64,000 nucleotides of DNA, from positions 410,688,001-410,752,000 of the forward strand of contig OZ024741.1 of NCBI GenBank assembly GCA_964016885.1, given 5' to 3'. The notes beneath the pieces were generated by a model. That model did not search any database, was not told where the DNA came from, and saw only the letters and a program-made list of their open reading frames with translations. This document shows positions 15,001-30,000 of this stretch, in pieces. Origin of the DNA: Eledone cirrhosa (taxonomy: Eukaryota). The position numbers and the translations under genes are program-made. Numbering within the stretch: the first letter of the stretch is position 1; every line of letters starts with the position of its first letter.

Positions 15001-18000
15001 AGAGTGTATATACTATATCTGTGACAGTAGAGTGTATATACTATATATCTGAGACAGTAGAGTGTATATACTATATCTGAGACAGTAGAGTGTATATACT
15101 ATATCTGTGACAGTAGAGTGTATATACTATATATCTGAGACAGTAGAGTGTATATACTATATCTGTGACAGTAGAGTGCATATACTATATATCTGAGACA
15201 GTAGAGTGTATATACTATATCTGTGACAGTAGAGTGTATATACTATATCTGTGACAGTAGAGTGTATATACTATATCTGTGACAGTAGAGTGTATATACT
15301 ATATATCTGTGACAGTAGAGTGTATATACTATATCTGTGAGACAGTAGAGTGTATATACTATATCTGTGACAGTAGAGTGTATATACTATATCTGTGACA
15401 GTAGAGTGTATATAATATATCTGTGACAATAGTGTGTATATACTATATCTGTGAGACAGTAGAGTGTATATACTATATCTGTGACAGTGGAGTGTATATA
15501 CTATATCTGTGACAGTAGAGTGTATATACTATATATCTGAGACAGTAGAGTGTATATACTATATCTGTGACAGTAGAGTGTATATACTATATCTGTGACA
15601 GTAGAGTGTATATACTATATATCTGAGACAGTAGAGTGTATATGCTATATCTGTGACAGTAGAGTGTATATACTATATCTGTGAGACAGTAGAGTGTATA
15701 TACTATATCTGTGACAGTAGAGTGTATATACTATATATCTGAGACTCTGTGACAGTAGAGTGTATATACTATATATCTGTGACAGTAGATTGTATATACT
15801 ATATCTGTGACAGTAGAGTGTATATACTATATATCTGTGACAGTAGAGTGTATATACTATATCTGTGACAGTAGAGTGTATATACTATATCTGAGACAGT
15901 AGAGTGTATATACTATATCTGTGTGACAGTAGAGTGTATATACTATATCTGTGACAGTAGAGTGTATATACTATATCTGAGACAGTAGAGTGTATATACT
16001 ATATCTGAGACAGTAGAGTGTATATACTATATCTGTGACAGTAGAGTGCATATACTATATATCTGTGACAGTAGAGTGTATATACTATATCTGTGAGACA
16101 GTAGAGTGTATATACTATATATCTGTGACAGTAGAGTGTATATACTATATCTGTGACAGTAGAGTGTATATACTATATCTGTGACAGTAGAGTGTATATA
16201 CTATATCTGAGACAGTAGAGTGTATATACTATATCTGTGTGACAGTAGAGTGTATATACTCTATCTGTGACAGTAGAGTGTATATACTATATCTGAGACA
16301 GTAGAGTGCATATACTATATCTGTGACAGTAGAGTGTATATATATCTGAGACAGTAGAGTGTATATACTATATCTGTGACAGTAGAGTGTATATACTATA
16401 TCTGTGACAGTAGAGTGTATATACTATATATCTGAGATAGTAGAGTGTATATACTATATCTGTGACAGTAGAGTGTATATACTATATCTGTGACAGTAGA
16501 GTGTATATACTATATATCTGAGACAGTAGAGTGTATATACTATATATCTGAGACAGTAGAGTGTATATACTATATCTGTGACAGTAGAGTGTATATACTA
16601 TATCTGTGACAGTAGAGTGTATATACTATATCTGTGACAGTAGAGTGTATATACTATATCTGAGACAGTAGAGTGTATATACTATATCTGTGTGACAGTA
16701 GAGTGTATATACTATATCTGAGACAGTAGAGTGTATATACTATATCTGAGACAGTAGAGTGTATATACTATATCTGTGACAGTAGAGTGCATATACTATA
16801 TATCTGTGACAGTAGAGTGTATATACTATATCTGTGAGACAGTAGAGTGTATATACTATATATCTGTGACAGTAGAGTGTATATACTATATCTGTGACAG
16901 TAGAGTGTATATACTATATCTGTGACAGTAGAGTGTATATACTATATCTGAGACAGTAGAGTGTATATACTATATCTGTGTGACAGTAGAGTGTATATAC
17001 TATATCTGTGACAGTAGAGTGTATATACTATATCTGAGACAGTAGAGTGCATATACTATATCTGTGACAGTAGAGTGTATATACTATATATCTGAGACAG
17101 TAGAGTGTATATACTATATCTGTGACAGTAGAGTGTATATACTATATCTGTGACAGTAGAGTGTATATACTATATATCTGAGATAGTAGAGTGTATATAC
17201 TATATCTGTGACAGTAGAGTGTATATACTATATCTGTGACAGTAGAGTGTATATACTATATATCTGAGACAGTAGAGTGTATATACTATATATCTGAGAC
17301 AGTAGAGTGTATATACTATATCTGTGACAGTAGAGTGTATATACTATATCTGTGACAGTAGAGTGTATATACTATATCTGTGACAGTAGAGTGTATCTAC
17401 TATATCTGTGACAGTAGACTGTATATACTATATCTGTGACAGTAGAGTGTATATACTATATATCTGAGACATTAGAGTGTATATGCTATATCTGTGACAG
17501 TAGAGTGTATATACTATATCTGTGAGACAGTAGAGTGTATATACTATATCTGTGACAGTAGAGTATATATACTATATCTGTGAAGGTAGAGTGTATATAC
17601 TATATATCTGTGACAGTAGAGTGTATATACTATATCTGTGACAGTAGAGTGTATATACTATATATCTGTGACAGTAGAGTGTATATACTATATATCTTAG
17701 ACAGTAGAGTGTATATACTATATCTGTGACAGTAGAGTGTATATACTATATCTGTGACAGTAGAGTGTATATACTATATATCTGTGACAGTAGAGTGTAT
17801 ATACTATATCTGTGACAGTAGAGTGTATATACTATATCTGTGACAGTAGAGTGTATCTACTATATCTGTGACAGTAGACTGTATATACTATATCTGTGAC
17901 AGTAGAGTGTATATACTATATATCTGAGACAGTAGAGTGTATATGCTATATCTGTGACAGTAGAGTGTATATACTATATCTGTGACAGTAGAGTATATAT

Positions 18001-21000
18001 ACTATATCTGTGAAGGTAGAGTGTATATACTATATATCTGTGACAGTAGAGTGTATATACTATATCTGTGACAGTAGAGTGTATATATTATATCTGTGAC
18101 AGTAGAGTGTATATACTATATCTGTGACAGTAGAGTGTATATACTATATCTGTGACAGTAGAGTGTATATACTATATCTGTGACAGTAGAGTGTATTATA
18201 TACTATATATCTGAGACAGTAGAGTGTATATACTATATATCTGTGACAGTAGAGTGTATCTAATATATCTGTGACAGTAGACTGTATATACTATATCTGT
18301 GACAGTAGAGTGTATATACTATATATCTGAGACAGTAGAGTGTATATACTATATCTGTGACAGTAGAGTGTATATACTATATATCTGTGACAGTAGAGTG
18401 TATATACTATATCTGTGACAGTAGAGTGTATATACTATATATCTGTGACAGTAGAGTGTATATACTATATCTGTGACAGTAGAGTGTATATACTATATCT
18501 GTGACAGTAGAGTGTATATGCTATATCTGAGACAGTAGAGTGTATATACTATATCTGTGTGACAGTAGAGTGTATATACTATATCTGTGACAGTAGAGTG
18601 TATATACTATATCTGAGACAGTAGAGTGTATATACTATATCTGAGACAGTAGAGTGTATATACTATATCTGTGACAGTAGAGTGCATATACTATATATCT
18701 GTGACAGTAGAGTGTATATACTACATCTGTGAGACAGTAGAGTGTATATACTATATATCTGTGACAGTAGAGTGTATATACTATATCTGTGACAGTAGAG
18801 TGTATATACTATATCTGTGACAGTAGAGTGTATATACTATATCTGAGACAGTAGAGTGTATATACTATATCTGTGTGACAGTAGAGTGTATATACTATAT
18901 CTGTGACAGTAGAGTGTATATACTATATCTGAGACAGTAGAGTGTATATACTATATCTGTGACAGTAGAGTGTATATACTATATCTGTGACAGTAGAGTG
19001 TATATACTATATCTGTGACAGTAGAGTGTATATACTATATCTGTGACAGTAGAGTGTATATACTATATCTGTGACAGTAGAGTGTATATACTATATCTGT
19101 GACAGTAGAGTGTATATACTATATATGTGTGACAGTAGAGTGTATATACTATATCTGTGACAGTAGAGTGTATATGCTATATCTGTGACAGTAGAGTGTA
19201 TATACTATATCTGTGAGACAGTAGAGTGTATATACTATATCTGTGACAGTAGAGTGTATATACTATATATCTGAGACAGTAGAGTGTATATGCTATATCT
19301 GTGACAGTAGAGTGTATATACTATATCTGTGAGACAGTAGAGTGTATATACTATATCTGTGACAGTAGAGTATATATACTATATCTGTGAAGGTAGAGTG
19401 TATATACTATATATCTGAGACAGTAGAGTGTATATACTATATATCTGTGACAGTAGAGTGTATATACTATATCTGTGACAGTAGAGTGTATATACTATAT
19501 CTGTGACAGTAGAGTGTATATACTATATATCTGAGACATTAGAGTGTATATGCTATATCTGTGACAGTAGAGTGTATATACTATATCTGTGAGACGGTAG
19601 AGTGTATATACTATATCTGTGACAGTAGAGTATATATACTATATCTGTGACAGTAGAGTGTATATACTATATATCTGAGACAGTAGAGTGTATATACTAT
19701 ATATCTGTGACAGTAGAGTGTATATACTATATCTGTGACAGTAGAGTGTATATACTATATCTGTGACAGTAGAGTGTATATACTATATATCTGAGACAGT
19801 AGAGTGTATATACTATATCTGTGACAGTAGAGTGTATATACTATATCTGTGACAGTAGAGTGTATATATTATATCTGTGACAGTAGAGTGTATATACTAT
19901 ATATCTGAGACAGTAGAGTGTATATACTATATCTGTGACAGTAGAGTGTATATACTATATCTGTGACAGTAGAGTGTATATACTATATCTGTGACAGTAG
20001 AGTGTATATACTATATATCTGAGACAGTAGAGTGTATATACTATGTCTGTGACAGTTGAGTGTATATACTATATCTGTGACAGTAGAGTGTATATACTAT
20101 ATCTGTGACAGTAGAGTGTATATACTATATATCTGAGACAGTAGAGTGTATATACTATATATCTGAGACAGTAGAGTGTATATACTATATCTGTGACAGT
20201 AGAGTGTATATACTATATCTGTGACAGTAGAGTGTATATACTATATCTGTGAGACAGTAGAGTCTATATACTATATCTGTGACAGTAGAGTGTATATACT
20301 ATATCTGTGACAGTAGAGTGTATATACTATATATCTGTGACAGTAGAGTGTATATACTATATATCTGTGACAGTAGAGTGTATATACTATATATCTGAGA
20401 CAGTAGAGTGTATATACTATATATCTGAGACAGTAGAGTGTATATACTATATCTGTGACAGTAGAGTGTATATACTATATATCTGAGACAGTAGAGTGTA
20501 TATACTATATCTGTGACAGTAGAGTGTATATACTATATCTGTGACAGTAGAGTGTATATACTATATCTGTGACAGTAGAGTGTATATACTATATCTGTGA
20601 CAGTAGAGTGTATATACTATATATCTGAGACAGTAGAGTGTATATACTATATCTGTGAGAGTAGAGTGTATATACTATATCTGTGACAGTAGAGTGTATA
20701 GACTATATCTGAGACGGTAGAGTGTATATACTATATCTGTGTGACAGTAGGGTGTATATACTATATCTGTGACAGTAGAGTGTATATACTATATCTGAGA
20801 CAGTAGAGTGTATATACTATATCTGTGACAGTAGAGTGTATATACTATATCTGTGACAGTAGAGTGTATATACTATATCTGTGACAGTAGAGTGTATATA
20901 CTATATCTGTGACAGTAGAGTGTATATACTATATCTGTGACAGTAGAGTGTATATACTATATCTGTGACAGTAGAGTGTATATACTATATATCTGTGACA

Positions 21001-24000
21001 GTAGAGTGTATATACTATATCTGTGACAGTAGAGTGTATATACTATATCTGTGACAGTAGAGTGTATATACTATATATCTGTGACAGTAGAGTGTATATA
21101 CTATATCTGTGACAGTAGAGTGTATATACTATATCTGTGACAGTAGAGTGTATATACTATATCTGTGAGACAGTAGAGTGTATATACTATATCTGTGACA
21201 GTAGAGTGTATATACTATATATCTGAGACAGTAGAGTGTATATGCTATATCTGTGACAGTAGAGTGTATATACTATATCTGTGAGACAGTAGAGTGTATA
21301 TACTATATCTGTGACAGTAGAGTATATATACTATATCTGTGAAGGTAGAGTGTATATACTATATATCTGTGACAGTAGAGTGTATATACTATATCTGTGA
21401 CAGTAGAGTGTATATACTATATAGCTGTGACAGTAGAGTGTATATACTATATATCTGTGACAGTAGAGTGTATATACTATATCTGTGACAGTAGAGTGTA
21501 TATACTATATCTGTGAGACAGTAGAGTGTATATACTATATCTGTGACAGTAGAGTGTATATACTATATCTGTGACAGTAGAGTGTATATACTATATATCT
21601 GTGACAGTAGAGTGTATACACTATATATCTGTGACAGTAGAGTGTATATACTATATCTGTGACAGTAGAGTGTATATACTATATCTGTGACAGTAGAGTG
21701 TATATACTATATCTGTGACAGTAGAGTGTATATACTATATATCTGTGACAGTAGAGTGTATATACTATATCTGTGACAGTAGAGTGTATATACTATATCT
21801 GTGATAGTAGAGTGTATATACTATATATCTGTGACAGTAGAGTGTATATACTATATATCTGTGACAGTAGAGTGTATATACTATATCTGTGACAGTAGAG
21901 TGTATATACTATATCTGTGACAGTAGAGTGTATATACGATATCTGTGACAGTAGAGTGTATATACTATATATCTGTGACAGTAGAGTGTATATACTATAT
22001 CTGTGACAGTAGAGTGTATATACTATATATCTGAGACAGTAGAGTGTATATACTATATATCTGAGACAGTAGAGTGTATATACTATATCTGTGACAGTAG
22101 AGTGTATATACTATATCTGTGACAGTAGAGTGTATATACTATATCTGTGAGACAGTAGAGTCTATATACTATATCTGTGACAGTAGAGTGTATATACTAT
22201 ATCTGTGACAGTAGAGTGTATATACTATATATCTGTGACAGTAGAGTGTATATACTATATATCTGTGACAGTAGAGTGTATATACTATATATCTGAGACA
22301 GTAGAGTGTATATACTATATATCTGAGACAGTAGAGTGTATATACTATATCTGTGACAGTAGAGTGTATATACTATATATCTGAGACAGTAGAGTGTATA
22401 TACTATATCTGTGAGAGTAGAGTGTATATACTATATCTGTGACAGTAGAGTGTATATACTATATATCTGTGACAGTAGAGTGTATATACTATATATCTGA
22501 GACAGTAGAGTGTATATACTATATATCTGTGACAGTAGAGTGTATATACTATATATCTGAGACAGTAGAGTGTATATACTATATCTGTGACAGTAGAGTG
22601 TATATACTATATATCTGTGACAGTAGAGTGTATATACTATATCTGTGACAGTAGAGTGTATATACTATATATCTGTGACAGTAGAGTGTATATACTATAT
22701 CTGTGACAGTAGAGTGTATATACTATATCTGTGACAGTAGAGTGTATAGACTATATCTGAGACGGTAGAGTGTATATACTATATCTGTGTGACAGTAGGG
22801 TGTATATACTATATCTGTGACAGTAGAGTGTATATACTATATCTGAGACAGTAGAGTGTATATACTATATCTGTGACAGTAGAGTGTATATACTATATCT
22901 GTGACAGTAGAGTGTATATACTATATCTGTGACAGTAGAGTGTATATACTATATCTGTGACAGTAGAGTGTATATACTATATCTGTGACAGTAGAGTGTA
23001 TATACTATATATCTGTGACAGTAGAGTGTATATACTATATCTGTGACAGTAGAGTGTATATACTATATCTGTGACAGTAGAGTGTATATACTATATATCT
23101 GTGACAGTAGAGTGTATATACTATATCTGTGACAGTAGAGTGTATATACTATATCTGTGACAGTAGAGCGTATATACTATATCTGTGAGACAGTAGAGTG
23201 TATATACTATATCTGTGACAGTAGAGTGTATATACTATATATCTGAGACAGTAGAGTGTATATGCTATATCTGTGACAGTAGAGTGTATATACTATATCT
23301 GTGAGACAGTAGAGTGTATATACTATATCTGTGACAGTAGAGTATATATACTATATCTGTGAAGGTAGAGTGTATATACTATATATCTGTGACAGTAGAG
23401 TGTATATACTATATCTGTGACAGTAGAGTGTATATACTATATATCTGTGACAGTAGAGTGTATATACTATATATCTTAGACAGTAGAGTGTATATACTAT
23501 ATCTGTGACAGTAGAGTGTATATACTATATCTGTGAGACAGTAGAGTGTATATACTATATCTGTGACAGTAGAGTGTATATACTATATCTGTGACAGTAG
23601 AGTGTATATACTATATATCTGTGACAGTAGAGTGTATACACTATATATCTGTGACAGTAGAGTGTATATACTATATCTGTGACAGTAGAGTGTATATACT
23701 ATATCTGTGACAGTAGAGTGTATATACTATATCTGTGACAGTAGAGTGTATATACTATATATCTGTGACAGTAGAGTGTATATACTATATCTGTGACAGT
23801 AGAGTGTATATACTATATCTGTGATAGTAGAGTGTATATACTATATATCTGTGACAGTAGAGTGTATATACTATATATCTGTGACAGTAGAGTGTATATA
23901 CTATATCTGTGACAGTAGAGTGTATATACTATATCTGTGACAGTAGAGTGTATATACTATATCTGTGACAGTAGAGTGTATATACTATATATCTGAGACA

Positions 24001-27000
24001 TTAGAGTGTATATGCTATATCTGTGACAGTAGAGTGTATATACTATATCTGTGAGACGGTAGAGTGTATATACTATATCTGTGACAGTAGAGTATATATA
24101 CTATATCTGTGACAGTAGAGTGTATATACTATATATCTGAGACAGTAGAGTGTATATACTATATATCTGTGACAGTAGAGTGTATATACTATATCTGTGA
24201 CAGTAGAGTGTATATACTATATCTGTGACAGTAGAGTGTATATACTATATATCTGAGACAGTAGAGTGTATATACTATATCTGTGACAGTAGAGTGTATA
24301 TACTATATCTGTGACAGTAGAGTGTATATATTATATCTGTGACAGTAGAGTGTATATACTATATATCTGAGACAGTAGAGTGTATATACTATATCTGTGA
24401 CAGTAGAGTGTATATACTATATCTGTGACAGTAGAGTGTATATACTATATCTGTGACAGTAGAGTGTATATACTATATATCTGAGACAGTAGAGTGTATA
24501 TACTATATCTGTGACAGTTGAGTGTATATACTATATCTGTGACAGTAGAGTGTATATACTATATCTGTGACAGTAGAGTGTATATACTATATATCTGAGA
24601 CAGTAGAGTGTATATACTATATATCTGAGACAGTAGAGTGTATATACTATATCTGTGACAGTAGAGTGTATATACTATATCTGTGACAGTAGAGTGTATA
24701 TACTATATCTGTGAGACAGTAGAGTCTATATACTATATCTGTGACAGTAGAGTGTATATACTATATCTGTGACAGTAGAGTGTATATACTATATATCTGT
24801 GACAGTAGAGTGTATATACTATATATCTGTGACAGTAGAGTGTATATACTATATATCTGAGACAGTAGAGTGTATATACTATATATCTGAGACAGTAGAG
24901 TGTATATACTATATCTGTGACAGTAGAGTGTATATACTATATATCTGAGACAGTAGAGTGTATATACTATATCTGTGACAGTAGAGTGTATATACTATAT
25001 CTGTGACAGTAGAGTGTATATACTATATCTGTGACAGTAGAGTGTATATACTATATCTGTGACAGTAGAGTGTATATACTATATATCTGAGACAGTAGAG
25101 TGTATATACTATATCTGTGAGAGTAGAGTGTATATACTATATCTGTGACAGTAGAGTGTATAGACTATATCTGAGACGGTAGAGTGTATATACTATATCT
25201 GTGTGACAGTAGGGTGTATATACTATATCTGTGACAGTAGAGTGTATATACTATATCTGAGACAGTAGAGTGTATATACTATATCTGTGACAGTAGAGTG
25301 TATATACTATATCTGTGACAGTAGAGTGTATATACTATATCTGTGACAGTAGAGTGTATATACTATATCTGTGACAGTAGAGTGTATATACTATATCTGT
25401 GACAGTAGAGTGTATATACTATATCTGTGACAGTAGAGTGTATATACTATATATCTGTGACAGTAGAGTGTATATACTATATCTGTGACAGTAGAGTGTA
25501 TATACTATATCTGTGACAGTAGAGTGTATATACTATATATCTGTGACAGTAGAGTGTATATACTATATCTGTGACAGTAGAGTGTATATACTATATCTGT
25601 GACAGTAGAGTGTATATACTATATCTGTGAGACAGTAGAGTGTATATACTATATCTGTGACAGTAGAGTGTATATACTATATATCTGAGACAGTAGAGTG
25701 TATATGCTATATCTGTGACAGTAGAGTGTATATACTATATCTGTGAGACAGTAGAGTGTATATACTATATCTGTGACAGTAGAGTATATATACTATATCT
25801 GTGAAGGTAGAGTGTATATACTATATATCTGTGACAGTAGAGTGTATATACTATATCTGTGACAGTAGAGTGTATATACTATATATCTGTGACAGTAGAG
25901 TGTATATACTATATATCTGTGACAGTAGAGTGTATATACTATATCTGTGACAGTAGAGTGTATATACTATATCTGTGAGACAGTAGAGTGTATATACTAT
26001 ATCTGTGACAGTAGAGTGTATATACTATATCTGTGACAGTAGAGTGTATATACTATATATCTGTGACAGTAGAGTGTATACACTATATATCTGTGACAGT
26101 AGAGTGTATATACTATATCTGTGACAGTAGAGTGTATATACTATATCTGTGACAGTAGAGTGTATATACTATATCTGTGACAGTAGAGTGTATATACTAT
26201 ATATCTGTGACAGTAGAGTGTATATACTATATCTGTGACAGTAGAGTGTATATACTATATCTGTGATAGTAGAGTGTATATACTATATATCTGTGACAGT
26301 AGAGTGTATATACTATATATCTGTGACAGTAGAGTGTATATACTATATCTGTGACAGTAGAGTGTATATACTATATCTGTGACAGTAGAGTGTATATACG
26401 ATATCTGTGACAGTAGAGTGTATATACTATATATCTGTGACAGTAGAGTGTATATACTATATCTGTGACAGTAGAGTGTATATACTATATATCTGAGACA
26501 GTAGAGTGTATATACTATATATCTGAGACAGTAGAGTGTATATACTATATCTGTGACAGTAGAGTGTATATACTATATCTGTGACAGTAGAGTGTATATA
26601 CTATATCTGTGAGACAGTAGAGTCTATATACTATATCTGTGACAGTAGAGTGTATATACTATATCTGTGACAGTAGAGTGTATATACTATATATCTGTGA
26701 CAGTAGAGTGTATATACTATATATCTGTGACAGTAGAGTGTATATACTATATATCTGAGACAGTAGAGTGTATATACTATATATCTGAGACAGTAGAGTG
26801 TATATACTATATCTGTGACAGTAGAGTGTATATACTATATATCTGAGACAGTAGAGTGTATATACTATATCTGTGACAGTAGAGTGTATATACTATATCT
26901 GTGACAGTAGAGTGTATATACTATATCTGTGACAGTAGAGTGTATATACTATATCTGTGACAGTAGAGTGTATATACTATATATCTGAGACAGTAGAGTG

Positions 27001-30000
27001 TATATACTATATCTGTGAGAGTAGAGTGTATATACTATATCTGTGACAGTAGAGTGTATATACTATATATCTGTGACAGTAGAGTGTATATACTATATAT
27101 CTGAGACAGTAGAGTGTATATACTATATATCTGTGACAGTAGAGTGTATATACTATATATCTGAGACAGTAGAGTGTATATACTATATCTGTGACAGTAG
27201 AGTGTATATACTATATATCTGTGACAGTAGAGTGTATATACTATATCTGTGACAGTAGAGTGTATATACTATATATCTGTGACAGTAGAGTGTATATACT
27301 ATATCTGTGACAGTAGAGTGTATATACTATATCTGTGACAGTAGAGTGTATAGACTATATCTGAGACGGTAGAGTGTATATACTATATCTGTGTGACAGT
27401 AGGGTGTATATACTATATCTGTGACAGTAGAGTGTATATACTATATCTGAGACAGTAGAGTGTATATACTATATCTGTGACAGTAGAGTGTATATACTAT
27501 ATCTGTGACAGTAGAGTGTATATACTATATCTGTGACAGTAGAGTGTATATACTATATCTGTGACAGTAGAGTGTATATACTATATCTGTGACAGTAGAG
27601 TGTATATACTATATCTGTGACAGTAGAGTGTATATACTATATATCTGTGACAGTAGAGTGTATATACTATATCTGTGACAGTAGAGTGTATATACTATAT
27701 CTGTGACAGTAGAGTGTATATACTATATATCTGTGACAGTAGAGTGTATATACTATATCTGTGACAGTAGAGTGTATATACTATATCTGTGACAGTAGAG
27801 TGTATATACTATATCTGTGAGACAGTAGAGTGTATATACTATATCTGTGACAGTAGAGTGTATATACTATATATCTGAGACAGTAGAGTGTATATGCTAT
27901 ATCTGTGACAGTAGAGTGTATATACTATATCTGTGAGACAGTAGAGTGTATATACTATATCTGTGACAGTAGAGTATATATACTATATCTGTGAAGGTAG
28001 AGTGTATATACTATATATCTGTGACAGTAGAGTGTATATACTATATCTGTGACAGTAGAGTGTATATACTATATATCTGTGACAGTAGAGTGTATATACT
28101 ATATATCTTAGACAGTAGAGTGTATATACTATATCTGTGACAGTAGAGTGTATATACTATATCTGTGAGACAGTAGAGTGTATATACTATATCTGTGACA
28201 GTAGAGTGTATATACTATATCTGTGACAGTAGAGTGTATATACTATATATCTGTGACAGTAGAGTGTATACACTATATATCTGTGACAGTAGAGTGTATA
28301 TACTATATCTGTGACAGTAGAGTGTATATACTATATCTGTGACAGTAGAGTGTATATACTATATCTGTGACAGTAGAGTGTATATACTATATATCTGTGA
28401 CAGTTGAGTGTATATACTATATCTGTGACAGTAGAGTGTATATACTATATCTGTGACAGTAGAGTGTATATACTATATATCTGAGACAGTAGAGTGTATA
28501 TACTATATATCTGAGACAGTAGAGTGTATATACTATATCTGTGACAGTAGAGTGTATATACTATATCTGTGACAGTAGAGTGTATATACTATATCTGTGA
28601 GACAGTAGAGTCTATATACTATATCTGTGACAGTAGAGTGTATATACTATATCTGTGACAGTAGAGTGTATATACTATATATCTGTGACAGTAGAGTGTA
28701 TATACTATATATCTGTGACAGTAGAGTGTATATACTATATATCTGAGACAGTAGAGTGTATATACTATATATCTGAGACAGTAGAGTGTATATACTATAT
28801 CTGTGACAGTAGAGTGTATATACTATATATCTGAGACAGTAGAGTGTATATACTATATCTGTGACAGTAGAGTGTATATACTATATCTGTGACAGTAGAG
28901 TGTATATACTATATCTGTGACAGTAGAGTGTATATACTATATCTGTGACAGTAGAGTGTATATACTATATATCTGAGACAGTAGAGTGTATATACTATAT
29001 CTGTGAGAGTAGAGTGTATATACTATATCTGTGACAGTAGAGTGTATAGACTATATCTGAGACGGTAGAGTGTATATACTATATCTGTGTGACAGTAGGG
29101 TGTATATACTATATCTGTGACAGTAGAGTGTATATACTATATCTGAGACAGTAGAGTGTATATACTATATCTGTGACAGTAGAGTGTATATACTATATCT
29201 GTGACAGTAGAGTGTATATACTATATCTGTGACAGTAGAGTGTATATACTATATCTGTGACAGTAGAGTGTATATACTATATCTGTGACAGTAGAGTGTA
29301 TATACTATATCTGTGACAGTAGAGTGTATATACTATATATCTGTGACAGTAGAGTGTATATACTATATCTGTGACAGTAGAGTGTATATACTATATCTGT
29401 GACAGTAGAGTGTATATACTATATATCTGTGACAGTAGAGTGTATATACTATATCTGTGACAGTAGAGTGTATATACTATATCTGTGACAGTAGAGTGTA
29501 TATACTATATCTGTGAGACAGTAGAGTGTATATACTATATCTGTGACAGTAGAGTGTATATACTATATATCTGAGACAGTAGAGTGTATATGCTATATCT
29601 GTGACAGTAGAGTGTATATACTATATCTGTGAGACAGTAGAGTGTATATACTATATCTGTGACAGTAGAGTATATATACTATATCTGTGAAGGTAGAGTG
29701 TATATACTATATATCTGTGACAGTAGAGTGTATATACTATATCTGTGACAGTAGAGTGTATATACTATATAGCTGTGACAGTAGAGTGTATATACTATAT
29801 ATCTGTGACAGTAGAGTGTATATACTATATCTGTGACAGTAGAGTGTATATACTATATCTGTGAGACAGTAGAGTGTATATACTATATCTGTGACAGTAG
29901 AGTGTATATACTATATCTGTGACAGTAGAGTGTATATACTATATATCTGTGACAGTAGAGTGTATACACTATATATCTGTGACAGTAGAGTGTATATACT

